Assembly: GCF_006345805.1 (NCBI RefSeq)
Contig: NC_043005.1
Span: 97,526,001 to 97,590,000 of the forward strand
From: Octopus sinensis
Lineage: Eukaryota
Direction: 5' to 3'
Length of the DNA: 64,000 nucleotides
Numbering within the stretch: the first letter of the stretch is position 1; each line of letters begins with the position of its first letter. A program made the translations under genes and the position numbers. Below the pieces are notes generated by a model that searched no databases, was not told the origin of the DNA, and saw only the letters and a program-made list of their open reading frames with translations. This document shows, in pieces, positions 12,231 through 26,500 of the stretch.

Positions 12231-15200
12231 CTATCTGTATGTATGTACAGCAAATTTCTGTCTGTTTTCTGTCTACCGAATGTCACTTGCAGCTCATCAA
12301 ATCAAGGCTGTGACAGGAAACTGCTTTCTATGGCTGAAGACCCTTCATATTGCTGACCGTCACTTGTTTCTTCATGGCCAGACACGTTTTTCATGGAAGA
12401 CTGGAAATAACATTGCTTGTATGGTTATGATGCTCAGTTACAACCATCATACATAGGTTGTTAAGCCTAGATAAAAAAAATTGGTTGTTCTGTTATTTAC
12501 AGAAGGATGCCATAGTATTGGTTCCTAGGAAGCTATAACCTTTGCTGACAACAAGAGGATTCCATCTCTCAGCAAAATGAAATGCATCTGATGTCAGTGT
12601 ATGAACTGTGTGGAAGTGAAGTGTGGATCACTGAATGCGGAGGAATGTGCAAAAGATGGAAAGGAACAAAGCAAGAATTGATCTGCTAGGTGCGTGCATG
12701 AATGATGAGGAACAAATGAGTAGAGAGAAAAGATGGGTGTAAGTTGAAGCAGTTGTGGTGTATAGGAGTGACTACATTGGTGTGGATGTGTAACCTAAAT
12801 GGATGATGAGAGGCGGGTGAAGAAGAGGCAGGAGATGAATGTGGAGGGAATTGGTGGAAGAGGACGACCTACTAAAACATGGGCAAAAGTGGTGTAGGCT
12901 GATCTCAGGAAGCTGAACCTCGCAGATAAGGAAATGCAATGAGTGGGATGCTGTGCTGGAGAGGACATTTCCAACCAATACAAGCATGGAAAAGTAGGTA
13001 TAAACATGATGATGATGTGTATACACAGTGTAATATAGAAAAAACAAATTCTCCTGTTTATGTAACACAGACTCATCTTCATCATCGTTTAACGTCTGCT
13101 TTCCATGCTAGCATGAGTTGGACGAATGACTGAAGGCTGGCGAACCAGTTGGCTGCACCAGACTCCAATCTGATCTGGCAGAGTTTCTACAGCTGGATGC
13201 CCTTCCTAACGCCAACCGCTCCAAGAATGTAGTAGGTGTTTTTACGTGCCACTGGCACGAGGGCCAGTTTTGTGGTACTGGCAGTGGCCACGCTCAAATG
13301 GTGCTTTTTATGTGCCACCTGCACATGAGCCACTCCAGCGGCACTGGCAATGACCTCGCTCAAATGTTTTTTTTCATGTGCCACCAGCACAAGTGCTAGT
13401 AAAGCGACACAGGTAATGATCACGCTCGACTGGTGCTTTTTACGAGCCCTTTTAGAAATATATTTGTACAACTTTGTTTACCAAATTGAATTATATTTAC
13501 AAAATTTCGTTAATTTCTTATTTCTCTGTCTTTTAGAATATGTAGAAGAATTGAATGATTGGAGTCCAGTGTATACACTTTGGTCGAATTCTGAAGATAA
13601 ACTGACCCCAGCTCTTCTTACAATGTCCAGAGCAATTGAAGCAAATTGTGTGGCCATTAAAGAATCTGTAAGTGATCGGAATTACATTTACAATTGCTTT
13701 ATTAAGATTTTGAATTAAGTTGGGGAGCTGGCAGAATTGTTAGCATGCCATGCTCAGTGGCATTTCGTCTGTTGTTACATTCTGAGTTCAAGTTCCACTG
13801 AGGTCAACCTTGCCTTTCGTCCTTCCAGGGTTAATAAAATAAGTACCAGTTGGAAACTGGGGTCGATGTAATCCACTTAACCCCCTTCCTTGAAATTTGA
13901 AACCATTGTTGTTATTATTTTTTTTCCCCTTCTTTCTTCAAATTTTCTTCCATTTCTTGCCGAGTGTTTTCCGTACACCTAGGGCAGAGAAGCTCATTGT
14001 ATGCATTCCCAGATTACACATGCAAATTCACAGATAAAATATTTAAAAATTAATAAATAAATAAATTCATGGATGTATGTTGTTTTCACAGTGATAATGC
14101 TCTTCTCAGTACATGAGCTGTCCTAGTTAATATGATTTTTTGCACTTCTTCTTCTTATGGTGGTGAGGTGGCTGAATCATTAGCATGCCAGGCAAAATAC
14201 TGAGTGGCATTTCATTCGTCTTTTTTCTGAGTTCAAATTCTTCTGAGGTTGACTTTGCCTTTCGTCCTTTTCTGATTGATAAAATAAGAACTACAGAAGC
14301 ACTGGGGTCAATGAACTTGCTGGCCTCGTGCCAAAATTTGAAACAATATTTTGAATGAATAGCAGTTCTTTTCCTTTCTTATTTATGAAAATAGTATTTG
14401 TTTCTTGGAATTTTAAGAATATTTTTTATTATTGGAATACAGAAGATGGTGAGTGTGCAGGATCCTTAGTATGTCAGATAAAATGATAAGTGGCATTTTT
14501 TCCAGTTCTTTACATTCTATGTTCAAATTCTACCAAGGTCCACTTGGCCTGTCAACCTTCTTAGGTCAATAAGATAAAGTACAAATCAAGTAGTGGGGTC
14601 GATGTAATCTACTGCCCCCTCCCCTCAAAACTGCTGGCCTTATACTGCAATGTGAAACAATTGTTAGAATACAGTTGTTGTATAGGAGCAAGCTTAGTTG
14701 TGTGGTTAAAGAGCCTACTTCACAACTGCATGGTTTTCGGTTTGATCCTATTGTGTAGCAACTTGGTTAAATGTCTTCTACTAAAGACTTGAGCTCATGA
14801 GTAAAATTTGGTAGAATTGAAACCACATAGAAGCTTGTCATGTGTGTGTTTTTCTTCACACTTCTTCACTTTGGGCAGCATGGACATTTGCTTAAACATC
14901 CTGCAGTTTAATGTTTTGGTGTACAAAGGCCAGGGGAATAAAGTACCTGACCTGAAAACAAGTGAGGGTTGGTATCAAGAAGGCCTCCCATATTGTTTAA
15001 ATAAGTCTTGTCCAACCGATACCATCATAGCAAAATCAGACTTAAAAGCGATCATGATAGATTTTTGTTAGCCCCAGGTCAGCCATAATTGAATTTAGGG
15101 TGGTTTAGCTGCTCTTCTTTGCAACTCCTTAAAAGCTTCCTTACTGGTTTTATTTTTCTCACAAAATTAGTAGTTAAAACGAACTTTTCCAAATTCTTAA

Positions 15201-18200
15201 AGTACCATTGTTATCTGTTACTGTTGTTTCGGCCATGCTGTAACAATGCCTCAACTTAAAGTGTCAGCAAACAGCTTTTGCCTAAACAAGTCCAACCTTT
15301 TCAATGCAAAGGCACTGACAATGAATTGGTCTCAGAGTGTGACAGCTGTTTATATTATTTGACCTCCAGAAATATGTAATAAAAATTCAATCTTGGTATG
15401 ATTTGAATACAGAACATTGATTCAAAAGAATACAGGGTATGACTCTGGGTGGAATTTAAGGTCTTCTCTCAGTCCTTGTTGGTTTTGTATTGTCATAGAT
15501 GTTCCTGTAACTTTGCTTTTTTTGCTAGGGAGGGGGTGTTAGGCCTATGCTAAATCATGTTTTACTTTTGAGAAGTAGTAGTCTATTTTAGTTGGGCCTC
15601 TGTCCTTTCACTTGTCCAACATGGGAGATCCTGTCAGAAGCTTGCATTTTACTAGCATAGCTCTCATGGTTATTGAGGCACACCAGCCACCTCATCACAA
15701 GAGCTGAGCATTGTGGTGGATATTGAAAGATTGGATAACGGTAGAATATAAGGTAGAATGAAGCATAGTGTACAATAAATATTTAAGGTACAATAAAATG
15801 TTACCTTCTTTCTGTTTTGTTCATTTCCAACTCTTTTAAAAGAATGAAATGCCAAGCAAGGTAAATGAGGAACTTCTGCATGATCACTCAATCAGCTAGA
15901 AATAAGAATTCAGTTTCTCTCAGATTCCATTTGTCTTAAAAGGAAGGAAAGTTAGCTATAAAAAAAACAACAAAACAAAACAACAAAACAAAGCATGGTG
16001 TTCATAGCAGTTACATCTTTGTTTTTTGAAGAAGTGTGTTTTCAGTTAGGAGGCTGACCTGTAGCTGAAAATAATAATAGTTAGGGCTTCGGGTGAGAAT
16101 AGTTGCTATTGACATCCTGAGATATGAAAGTAAACATTTTGCTTTTTCCTTCTTGAACTGATGAAATTGAAATCCTGTTATCCAAAATTTTAACTGGATT
16201 AAAAAATAAACATCATTTTTATCTAAGTACAATGTGATCTCAAATATAATGCCCTCCACCACCACACTCCAATTTTATTTACCTAGTATAGTGGGTGCTT
16301 TTTATGTGCCACCAGTACAGGAGCCAGTCATGTAGGCCTGGCATTGATCATGTTTGGATAGTACTTTTTAAGTGCCACTGGCACAGGGGCCAGTCAGGGG
16401 GTGCTGGCATTGGCTACGTTCGGATGGTGCTTTTTATGTGCCACCAGCACAGGAGCCAGTCAGAGAGTACTGGCTACAGCTACGATATTGGTTTTACTTG
16501 ACTTAGCAGGTCTTCTCAAGCATATCATATTGCCTGATGCATCAGGTGTACTCTTAACTGTGCCGGACATGTGTGACTGCAATCTCACTTTAGTTGTCGG
16601 GTCTTCTCAAGCACAGCATATCTTCAAAGATCTTGGTCTCCTGTCATTGCCTCTGTGAGGCCCAATGTTCGAAGGTCATGCTTCACCACCTCATCCCATA
16701 TCTTCCTGGGTCTACCTCTTCCGCAGGTAGGGAGTGGCACTTCCTCACACAGCTGTCCTCATCCATATGTGACATATGACCATACCAATGCTGTTGTCTC
16801 TCTTGCACACCACATTTGATGCTTCTTATGTCCAACTTTTCTCTCAGGATGCTTACACTCTGTCGTGTATGCATACTGACATTTCACATCCAGTGGATCA
16901 TGCTAGCTTCATTTCTTCCAAGCTTACACATGCCCTCAGCAGTCATGGCCCATGTTTCACTGCTGTGTAGCATGGCAATTCACACACATGCATCATACAG
17001 TCTACCTTTCATCCTGAGCAAGAGGCCCTTAGTTGCTAGCAGAGGTAGGAGCACTCTACCCTGGCTATTCTTATTCTAGCTGCTACACTCTCAGTGCAAC
17101 CACCCCAACTACAGACCTGGTCACCTAGGTAGTGGAAGCTATCAACTGCTTCTAGTTTCTCCCCCTGGCATGTGTTGGGAATCTGTTTTCTGTACCTCTT
17201 CAGTGTTTATTGCCCCAGTGCATTTGCCACACAAAAAACTATCTTCCCAGTTAACCTTCCTTTGATATTGCTGTAGCTTTTGTGTGTCCATAGCTTACAC
17301 TGGGTACATCGTATGTAGTGTCTACCTATGCCTTTTCTACAGATTGAGCAGGGGCATCTACCAGAAGAGGTTTGTGATTTGAAGACCTTCAATGACCAGT
17401 TTTGTAATTTTCCATATTTTTTTTGTCTTGTTGCCAGTGACCGGAAATATTCTGTGAAAGCTGGAAACACCCTGTTCACTAAGTCATGTATTTACATATT
17501 TCTTTGTTTCTTTGATGTGTAGATTGATGAAATTGAAGAATCATTTTGCCAACCCCTCAAAGAATATATGTTATATACTGAAGCTGTAAAGGTGAGTAGA
17601 TTCCAGAGTTTACGTCCACTCATTTGTCCATTCTGCCCACTGTTCCTGGGAGGGTTGTTGGGGGTAGAGTCTTGAGGCACCCATAATCTAATCAGAAGCA
17701 GTTGTCATTAGGCTTCCCAACTGGGTCCTCAAACGTGACCAACAAAGGCTATGGATATTATCCAACTGTCTCACTCTTGGTCTACCCCTAGGTCTTTTGT
17801 AGGTTGTCTTGGTTTGAAGAATGTGTCTTGTGATTCTTTCCTGGACATTCTAATTACATGTCCATAGTACTGGACCTCTCAGTCTGGAGAAGTAACTGCT
17901 CAGTCTGACAGACTCTGTCATCTTTGAGTTAGACACCCTTTCAAATAATGTTACTCCAGAGATTAGATTCTGTAATAATTATATTTCACACTTTTTCTAT
18001 CATTAACACATACCATTATTTCATATGTTAATACTGTCTCTTCAGAAGGATAAATGGCAAATGACCTTTGTATTTCTTTCAACCAACGCATCTACTGCTG
18101 GAATACCTTACCCTGATTAAGACGTTGGTGTTTAAGAATTCAATCTGTTAGAGCATTAATTTAACACCTGTCTATTCTATGCTTGCTGTAGCATCTCACC

Positions 18201-20652
18201 TAATATATATCATCATCATCATCATCATCGTCATTTAACATCCACCTTCCATGCTAGCATGGGTTGGACTGTTTGACTGAGGACTGGCTAGCCAAAAGCT
18301 GTACCAAGCTCCAATCTGATCTGGCAAAGTTTCTACAGCTGGATACCCTTCATAACGCCAACCATGCTGAGAGTGTAGTGGGTGCTTTTATGTGCCAGTC
18401 AGGTGGTACTGGCACTGACCACGCTTGGCTGGTGCTTTTTATGTGCCACTGGCATGGGTGCCAGTCAGGCAGTACTGGCATCCATGCTGGTGGCACGTAA
18501 AAAGCACCATTCGAGCATGGTTGATGCCAGTGCCACCTGACTGGTCCCGTGCCGGTGGCATATAAAAAGCATGACCACATATACTTAGTGTATATGCTTC
18601 ATGTATTTGCTGGTCAGTTGTGATTTAGTGTGGTAGGGAATACTCTCTGAGGTACTTGCTCAAAGTGCTGTGCAGTGGGACTGAACCCAAGACCACATGT
18701 TTGGGAAGTAAGCTTCTTAACCACACATACCTGCGAATGTATACCTTTTACTTGTTTCAGTCATTAGAGTATGGCCATGCTGAGGCACTACCTTGAAAGA
18801 ATTTTAGTTGAGTGAATTGACCCCACTACTTATTTTTTAAGCCTGCTGCTTACTCTATTGGTCTCTTTTAATGAACTGCTATGTTACAGGGCACATAAAC
18901 ATACCAAAACTGGTTGGGGACATGCACACACACACGACAGTCTTTCAGTTTCCGTCTACCAAATCCTTTCACAAGGCTTTGGTTGGCCTGAAGCTATAGT
19001 AGAAGACACCTGCCCAAGGTGCCACAGTGGGACTGGATAGAGAAACGTTGGGAAGCAAACTTACCACACAACCAAGCTGGAGGGAATGCTGTGCCCATGT
19101 CCCTTTATAGGGCCTCTGAGACTAGTGGGAGGGAGAGAAGGGGGTATCCTCAAACCGGAGACCTGGTCTTGAATGCTTACAAGAGAGTGCACAACTTTAG
19201 AGGTAAGATTTTTAGGTGTGGTGTTAAACTGGTTGGCTGCAGTTTAAGTCTACCACTTAGGTAGGCCATGTCAGGATTTGAGCTCAGGACACCAAAGAGT
19301 CAGGACAAATACTGCAAAGGCATCTAGTCCATTGTCGTTATAGTTCCACCAGTCCACTGCCCTGGATTGGGACTTTTTTACTGACCATGAAAGAAAAAAG
19401 GCAAAGTTAATCATGAAATTTGAATGCAGAGTGAAGAGAGCTGGAACAAGAACCATGAGGCATTTTATCCCATACACTAATGAATTTGCCAGTTTGCCAC
19501 CTTATCCACACACACGTACAGGTGCAGCCATGTGGTTAGAAGCTTGCTTCCCAATCACGAGGTCTTAGGTTCAGTTCCACTGCATGTCATTTTGGGCAAG
19601 TGTCTTCTGTTACATAACCCCAGGCCAATCAAAACTTTGAGTGGTTTTGGTAAGTGGAAACTGAAAGCAGTCACTTGTGTGTGGTTGTGTGTACCCTTGT
19701 CTCAGCTTCAATGTGATGGTCGTTAACAAGCATCATCATCATACAAGTCATGTCATTCATTTCCAATCTTTCATCAAAAACATGTCGGGCTATGAAGAAA
19801 TATTACCTTGCTTAAAAATAGGTAAGGATTCTTGCTGTTGGAAATATTCAAGGAATTTTGTCTGATCCATGCAAACATGGAAAAGTGGATGATGATACAT
19901 ATTTGTTCACTCATGCATGCCCGTCTATCCATCAGCCTACCAGGCTGTCATCTGTCCTTGTCCCTTTATCAAACTTTAGCTTTTCAACACCTGGAATAAA
20001 GCCCCATCTCAAATACCCGACCCCATTTATTAGTGGGAAGTTTTAACATTTTTCCCCTTGTTCCTTTTCTATTTTGCAAGTTATTTGGTAACCTTCCCTG
20101 TGCTGGTGACATGAAAAAGTTATCTGGTACACATTGTAATGTGGTTGGTACTAGGAAAAGCATCCAGCCATAGAAACCATACCAAAGCATGGCACAGCCC
20201 TGCAGCTCACCAGCTCCTGCCAAACTGTCCAACCCATACCAGCATGGAAAAAAGACGTCATATGCAAACTTTGTGGAGAGATGAAACTGCTCTTTATAAT
20301 AATTAAAACTTATTGAAGAGGGAAATGAAAATCTTTAAAAAATATTTTACATTCTGTTGCACACATTTAATGATTAATGATTCCAAAGTGTGAGCTGGAA
20401 TATCTGTCAGAAAGGAAAATACAAAAACCAAATGTAGAAAAGGGAGCCAATGGGAAGTAAATATTTTCGTGGGATTAAAATTAAAATTTTTGTTTGTTTA
20501 TTGTAGACAGTTTTACGTCGTCGTGATGCTATCCAAGCAGAATATGATTGGACTATAGATGAACTTGACAAGAAAAAAGATGAAAGAGAACAGGTATCAA
20601 TTATATTTCATCATTTTGTTTAGGTGCAGCTTGTGTGTGACTTGTGTGCTAG

Positions 20653-20688
<36 letters not shown>

Positions 20689-23529
20689 CTGTTATTTGTC
20701 TTGTGTCACTGCTCCCTTTTTATTTTAGGTAATATACTTTAGACTATATTATTGTTAATAGCTTTTTTGTGTGTGTGATGGTGATTAGGGTGTTAGGGAT
20801 GATCTTGGTGAGATTAGTGCTGATCAGGATGGTATTGCTTAGCCACAGATTATCACTATTCAAGCGAACCTTTGACCTAAAGTGTTCCAGCCTTGACACT
20901 ACTGTTAATTTTATATCGGTCAGTATTCACTGACTAATATAAGTTGGTAGTGATTGTGAGTTAGGATGTATGCAATTAGTACAATGCAAGTCCAGAGAAT
21001 GGCATTGATCTAATTCAGAGCTGCTACAATTAAAGGTTTCTTTCAGACTACAGTGGGCAGCTTGGAGTCAGTGTCTCAAAATGAATGCCAATAACCTTAG
21101 CCTAAGAAGGGCAAATGACAGTATAATTATGTAAGCATGACTTATAGATAAATAGAAATTATTTACCAGTAATAACCTGGATGTATGGAATGATAACTTG
21201 ATATTGTTGTTTAGACCCAGTTCATCCTTGATTAAGCAGACCAAAGTATGATGAAAAACATTTCAGCTATGACCATAGTCTCTCATTTTTTTCCCCTTTT
21301 GGTATACTATACCCTGGATTACATTATCCATTCATTGTGTCTGATTTCTAATTGTGGAGGGAACCTGCAGAAGGGGTAGACTCAGGAAGACATGGGAAAA
21401 AGTGTCGAGAAAGGATTTTCAAACACTGGACCTAATTGAGAAGATGACAGGGGATCGGGACTTGTGGTGATTTGTTGTACTTGGGAAGATCCGTCAGCAA
21501 AGTAAAACTGTTACCTTCCATACATACAGGCATGTCCTTCACGGCTCTGCCCATGCTCCCTCTCCCAGGTGAGAGATCTTTGTCTTGCAAGTGCTGGTGC
21601 TATGTAAATGCACCTGTGCTGGTGGCATGTAAAAAGCACCCAGCACACTTTGTAAATTGGTTGGCATTAGGAAGGGCATCCTGCTGTAGAAACCATGCCA
21701 AAACAAACAACTGGATTTTGACCAGCTCCTGTCGAATTGTCCAACCCATTCCAGCATGGAAAGCGGACGTTAAATGATGGTGTGTCCATTTTTCTAAAGG
21801 TTGTGATGTTTGAGGGAGATTTCCTGCAATTCAAGCAGGAAAGTCAAAAGTGGTCTCCCTTGATTTTCAAACTGGCGCATGAAATGGTTTCATTTCAACC
21901 CCGTAAGGTAACTGAACACCAGCCAGTTATTGTGTTCCCACTGCTTACCTCAGTAATCTTTATTGTCCGAACCTATTTATTTGCAAGAAGGTGTACCTTT
22001 GTGGCATTTTAGTACTTTTGACTGGGAAAAAAAAAATCAGTGATGACATCATGTAAACTAATTAATTAAACACTGCGGACCCTCTGTTGAGACTCTTACC
22101 TGTGGCTCATTTACAATCAACTTTAATAATAATCAGCATTATTATTAAAGAGGAAAGATCCTGCCCAGGTTCTCTTACCTCTCCATCCTCCGAAGGTCGA
22201 TAATAGGTTCAGGGGTTGATATAAGTGACGGCAAAATCGTTTCAGGTAATAGGCAGGCAGCAGGACCAAGGTTCAATAAATAATTAATTTTACTCTAGCA
22301 GTCATACTTAGTTGTCTGCCCCTGCATTCGTAGTTTAAATTCCCTCCAGTAGACCTTTCGCCTATTAAAGATCAATAAAATATTCTGAAATTCAATTCGG
22401 TAAACTGTAGACTTAACAATGGTGGGAAGCAATGATTGGAGGAACATTTAATATAAACCAAACACTAAAAGGAAATAAGTAACTTGGAGTAATTAAGACT
22501 GATTATCTGAAAAATATTCTCAATAGACAGTTCTCTCTCTCTCTTGTGCACATGTCTGTGTATATTCATGTATGCATGTTATATAGTTAATAAATGTCTA
22601 TTTAGTCTTGCTGAGAAAAATGAATCTGTAGATAATAAACTAGAATCAAAGCTTGAACCAACTAGTAGTTATATTTATATATGTCTATATATTATCATAC
22701 TGCATTAGCACTTTAGTGAAGTGTATGTGTATAAGACTTAGAGATGAAATTTATCCAAATGCGGAAACAAAAGCTTCAATTGAGGAGCCTCTGAGTAAAC
22801 TTGGTAATGGCTGTTGTTTTAGTGAGTTGGAAAGAAGACAGGACCCTGCTGCTACCAAAGAAATGGTCATACTTGATGTTCCAATTCCATACACTGCACT
22901 CAGTGTGAACTTTGGGTGCAGAAGAGATATAGTGGATTCACAGGCAAAGTGACAGTGAATAATGACTTTATATGTGGTTGATGTACAGGAGTAATTAGCC
23001 ATCAGATCAATAGTGAAATAGTTTGTTTGGATGATTCCATAGAAGTAGTTAATTACTTCTGCTCCCTAGGTGGCCTTATCAGCTGTGGCAGAAGGTGGTC
23101 TGAAAGCTGAGTAAGACTGTGGTAGAATCGGTTCATGGACTTACTACCTTTGATTGGCAACAATGCAGTCCTCTCTTCCAGGGAAGGGTAGATTGTATAA
23201 TGGTTGTGAATGAAGGGCAGCGCTGTTGGAAGTGAGACCTGAGCATTGAATGTGGAGGTTGTGAGGGAGATGAAGTGAACATTCTCTGCCAGATGCTGGT
23301 TGTTGTGTGTTTAGATAATGTGGTACAGATGAGTTGAGCTGAGAGTGAGAAAGTAAAAAAAGGAAGATGACTTCATTAGTATGGATATGGAATTATAATG
23401 GAAGAAAATTCCAGGAGAGTCAAGTGGAAGGAAACTGGAGGATGACGACAAAGGAAGAATTTGGCAGAAATGGTGGAAGTTGATCTTGAGATGTTGAACC
23501 TCTCAAACGAGGTGGACTGGAATGAGTGG

Positions 23530-23579
<50 letters not shown>

Positions 23580-26500
23580 TCACCAGCTGTTGCATGTAGG
23601 AATGATAAATAAAAAATAATGAAATTATTGTATACAGTGCTCAGGTGCACCACAACTTGTCAAAAGTGCATATAAAGCATATGCAATAATGTACAAATGT
23701 CTGGGAAGTGAACAGTGTATGAGTCAGATACATGCTTGCGTGTGTATGGAGGGGAGAAAATCAGGTGTAGTGTTGGCGAATCTCAGGAAGCATGGAAGTT
23801 TTGAAGGATTCAGTGCTCCGACAACTAACAACTGATGCCGGCAGTTTGTTCCATACTTCAGCAACTCTTAGCGGGAAAAAATGTTTCCGAAAGTCATGGA
23901 AAGATCTGTGCTGTTTTCTGACTTTGTAAACATGTCCACGAGTGTTAGACAGGTGGAGTTTGAAAAGGTGCTCAGAGTTATTGTTTGTATGATGGTTAAT
24001 AATTTTATGGGTATCTGCCAAGTCAGCTGCCAGACAACGTCGGAGTTTCAATGTATCCAATGTATCCATGCCCATGATGATGAGGTGTGTGTGTATGTAA
24101 TAAGAAATATCTAACCACTGACTTCACCATTGTTTCCATGCTGCTGCTATACATTCAGTGTTCATTGTTTGCTTTCAGTTAAAAGTCTCAGACCAGTCCT
24201 TCTCCCTGGGAGCATTTTTAGGCAAGGATCCAGATGATGTCAAACAGCAAAAACAGATCAAGCTGGAAAAAAATATTCATGAGGTACATTTCTGTGTGTG
24301 TGTGTGTGCAATTTGCAAAGCTTTAGCATCAAAATAAAGTGTGTGCCAATGTACATCTGCATGTGACACACACACACGTTAATAAAGATTTCACTTAGGC
24401 TTCCTGCTGTTTCCACTATATGATGTAGTTCACTCTGAGCTGAGTGCTTGTGCATCACCTAATAGTTTCCTCAGAGCCTTTAAGCTTTGAGTGCACTGCA
24501 TCTTATAGCAGAAACAGTTGTAAGCTTATGAACCGATTATGTAATATCTGTTCCAGTGTCATTCCTTTACACACACACACACGCACACACACGTGTGTGT
24601 CTTTATATCTTTCACTGTGATTTGGCAAAGAATATAAATATTGATGAAAACCCCATGTTCTTTGAGTGAAGTTCACCAAGTTATTGCTTTGACTGTTATT
24701 GTTGTAGATGCTGTGATGTAATGTTTGGTCTCTTGGAAATTTGCAACCAAGAATAGGAAATGAGATCCTCATCGTTTAACATCCACTGTTCCATGCTTGC
24801 ATGGATCAGCTGGAATTTGTTGAGGCAAATTTTTTCTGTGGCTGTATGCCCTTCTTGTTGCCAATCCTCACTGGTTTCCAAGCATGGTGATTTTTCCCAT
24901 GACCAGAAAAGTTGTCCACAGAAGACAGGAAACAAACACTGTCGCTTATGTAATACTTGTTTGTAATCATCATGTGATGTCAAATGAAGGGTACACATGA
25001 ACACACATAATGGGGGCTTCTTTCAGTTTCTGTCTCCTAAATCTGCGCAAAAGGTTTGGCTTGCTCAAGACTATAATAGAAAACACTTTCTCAAGGTGCT
25101 ATGTAGTGGGATTGAACTCAAGACCACCTGCTTCATAACCACACAGCTGTGCCTGTGTCTAAAATCCACACCTATAGTCACATCTGTGCTATAAAATAAA
25201 AAGAAATTAAAAAAAGAAATTGTAATTTGTTTATGCCCCGTCTGTGATTCCATTCTCTGTTTTGTAGCTTACTCAAAATGTGGAAATCCTCAATGACAAA
25301 TCTGCCTGTGCTAATGCTGATTTGAAGGCTGATATGGAGCGCTGGCATAAGACCAAACATAGGGACTTGAGAGAAATTTTCGTTGCTCTTGCAGACAAGC
25401 AAGTTGAACGGTATGAAAAGGTAAGCATGCTGTGCAGAATTCTCCTTCGTCCAGTGCAAAATTCCCTTACTACCTGTGTCAATTTTGTAACGTTTTAGTA
25501 TTTTCTTGTAAGACAGTGTGTCAGCTTTGTTGGTGTTTAAACTTAGTCAAGTTGTGATCCACTATGATCCAGCTGGTTAAAGGCCTCCAACAAGAATTAT
25601 CTCAGTGTATGTAGGATTACGTTATCTAATACAAACTACCACTTTTTTAAAAATGGTGTCGTATTAAGGACATTTGTGTGCAATTTCCATCAGGACAGGC
25701 AACTGCATGTACTGGTTTATGCACAAAAAATATGCGTTATGAGCAAGGGAGATTTATGTTCAACAAGGGATCGAATTCTGTGTTTGTGAATAAACTTATC
25801 TCCCTTTCACATTTTAAGAGAATTGAGGAATTTCATATTTCTATTTTTACATTATTTTAGTTGTGTCAAATATATATTCACTGTATAATTCTGATGCTAT
25901 TATCAATTGTACATGTAGGGTTACTATAGTGCAGTCATTTGTATATTTATGTTGTTGTTCATTTGTATATTTACTGTTTGATTTAAATATGAAATTCAGT
26001 GTTTTTCTTTTTTTGTTAACTTGGATGTCCTTTAAAACTCAGTCAACCGTGAAAGATGATAAACTGAAGTTGAGCAGTGCAAGAAAAATTAATAATAGGA
26101 ATGTGCATACTGCATGCATAGTGTGCAGTCATCATAAGATGTTGGCCATATTTGGCAACATGATGTTTAACCTTATCTAATATTTAGCTTTTTAGCTGAG
26201 ACACTAGCTACTAGCCCCTAGTGCCTCATTGCACACCTTACCAGTCTTGATATGATCCCTTACTGTGATGTCTACTATTACATCACATTTCTTTTTGTTT
26301 GTTAGTCAGTGTTTCAGGTGATAGGAAATGTGAAGGAAATATAAAATGCCATTCGTAGCAAAGCGAATCCAAGACAAACTGTTGTTCAGTAATTCCCTTT
26401 TTCTGTTGTTTCCAGTGTCTCCATGCCTGGGAAGATGCCATCCGTAGAATTCAAGCCAACGCTGATATTACGAAGCCCACTTGTGATGAGATTCAGACGA

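Noticed and set aside
11821-12456. 211-aa ORF
   Set aside because: Read-through of family-3 repeat plus (TG)n microsatellite; the same peptide ([12 protein letters not shown]) recurs at 18264 and 56082
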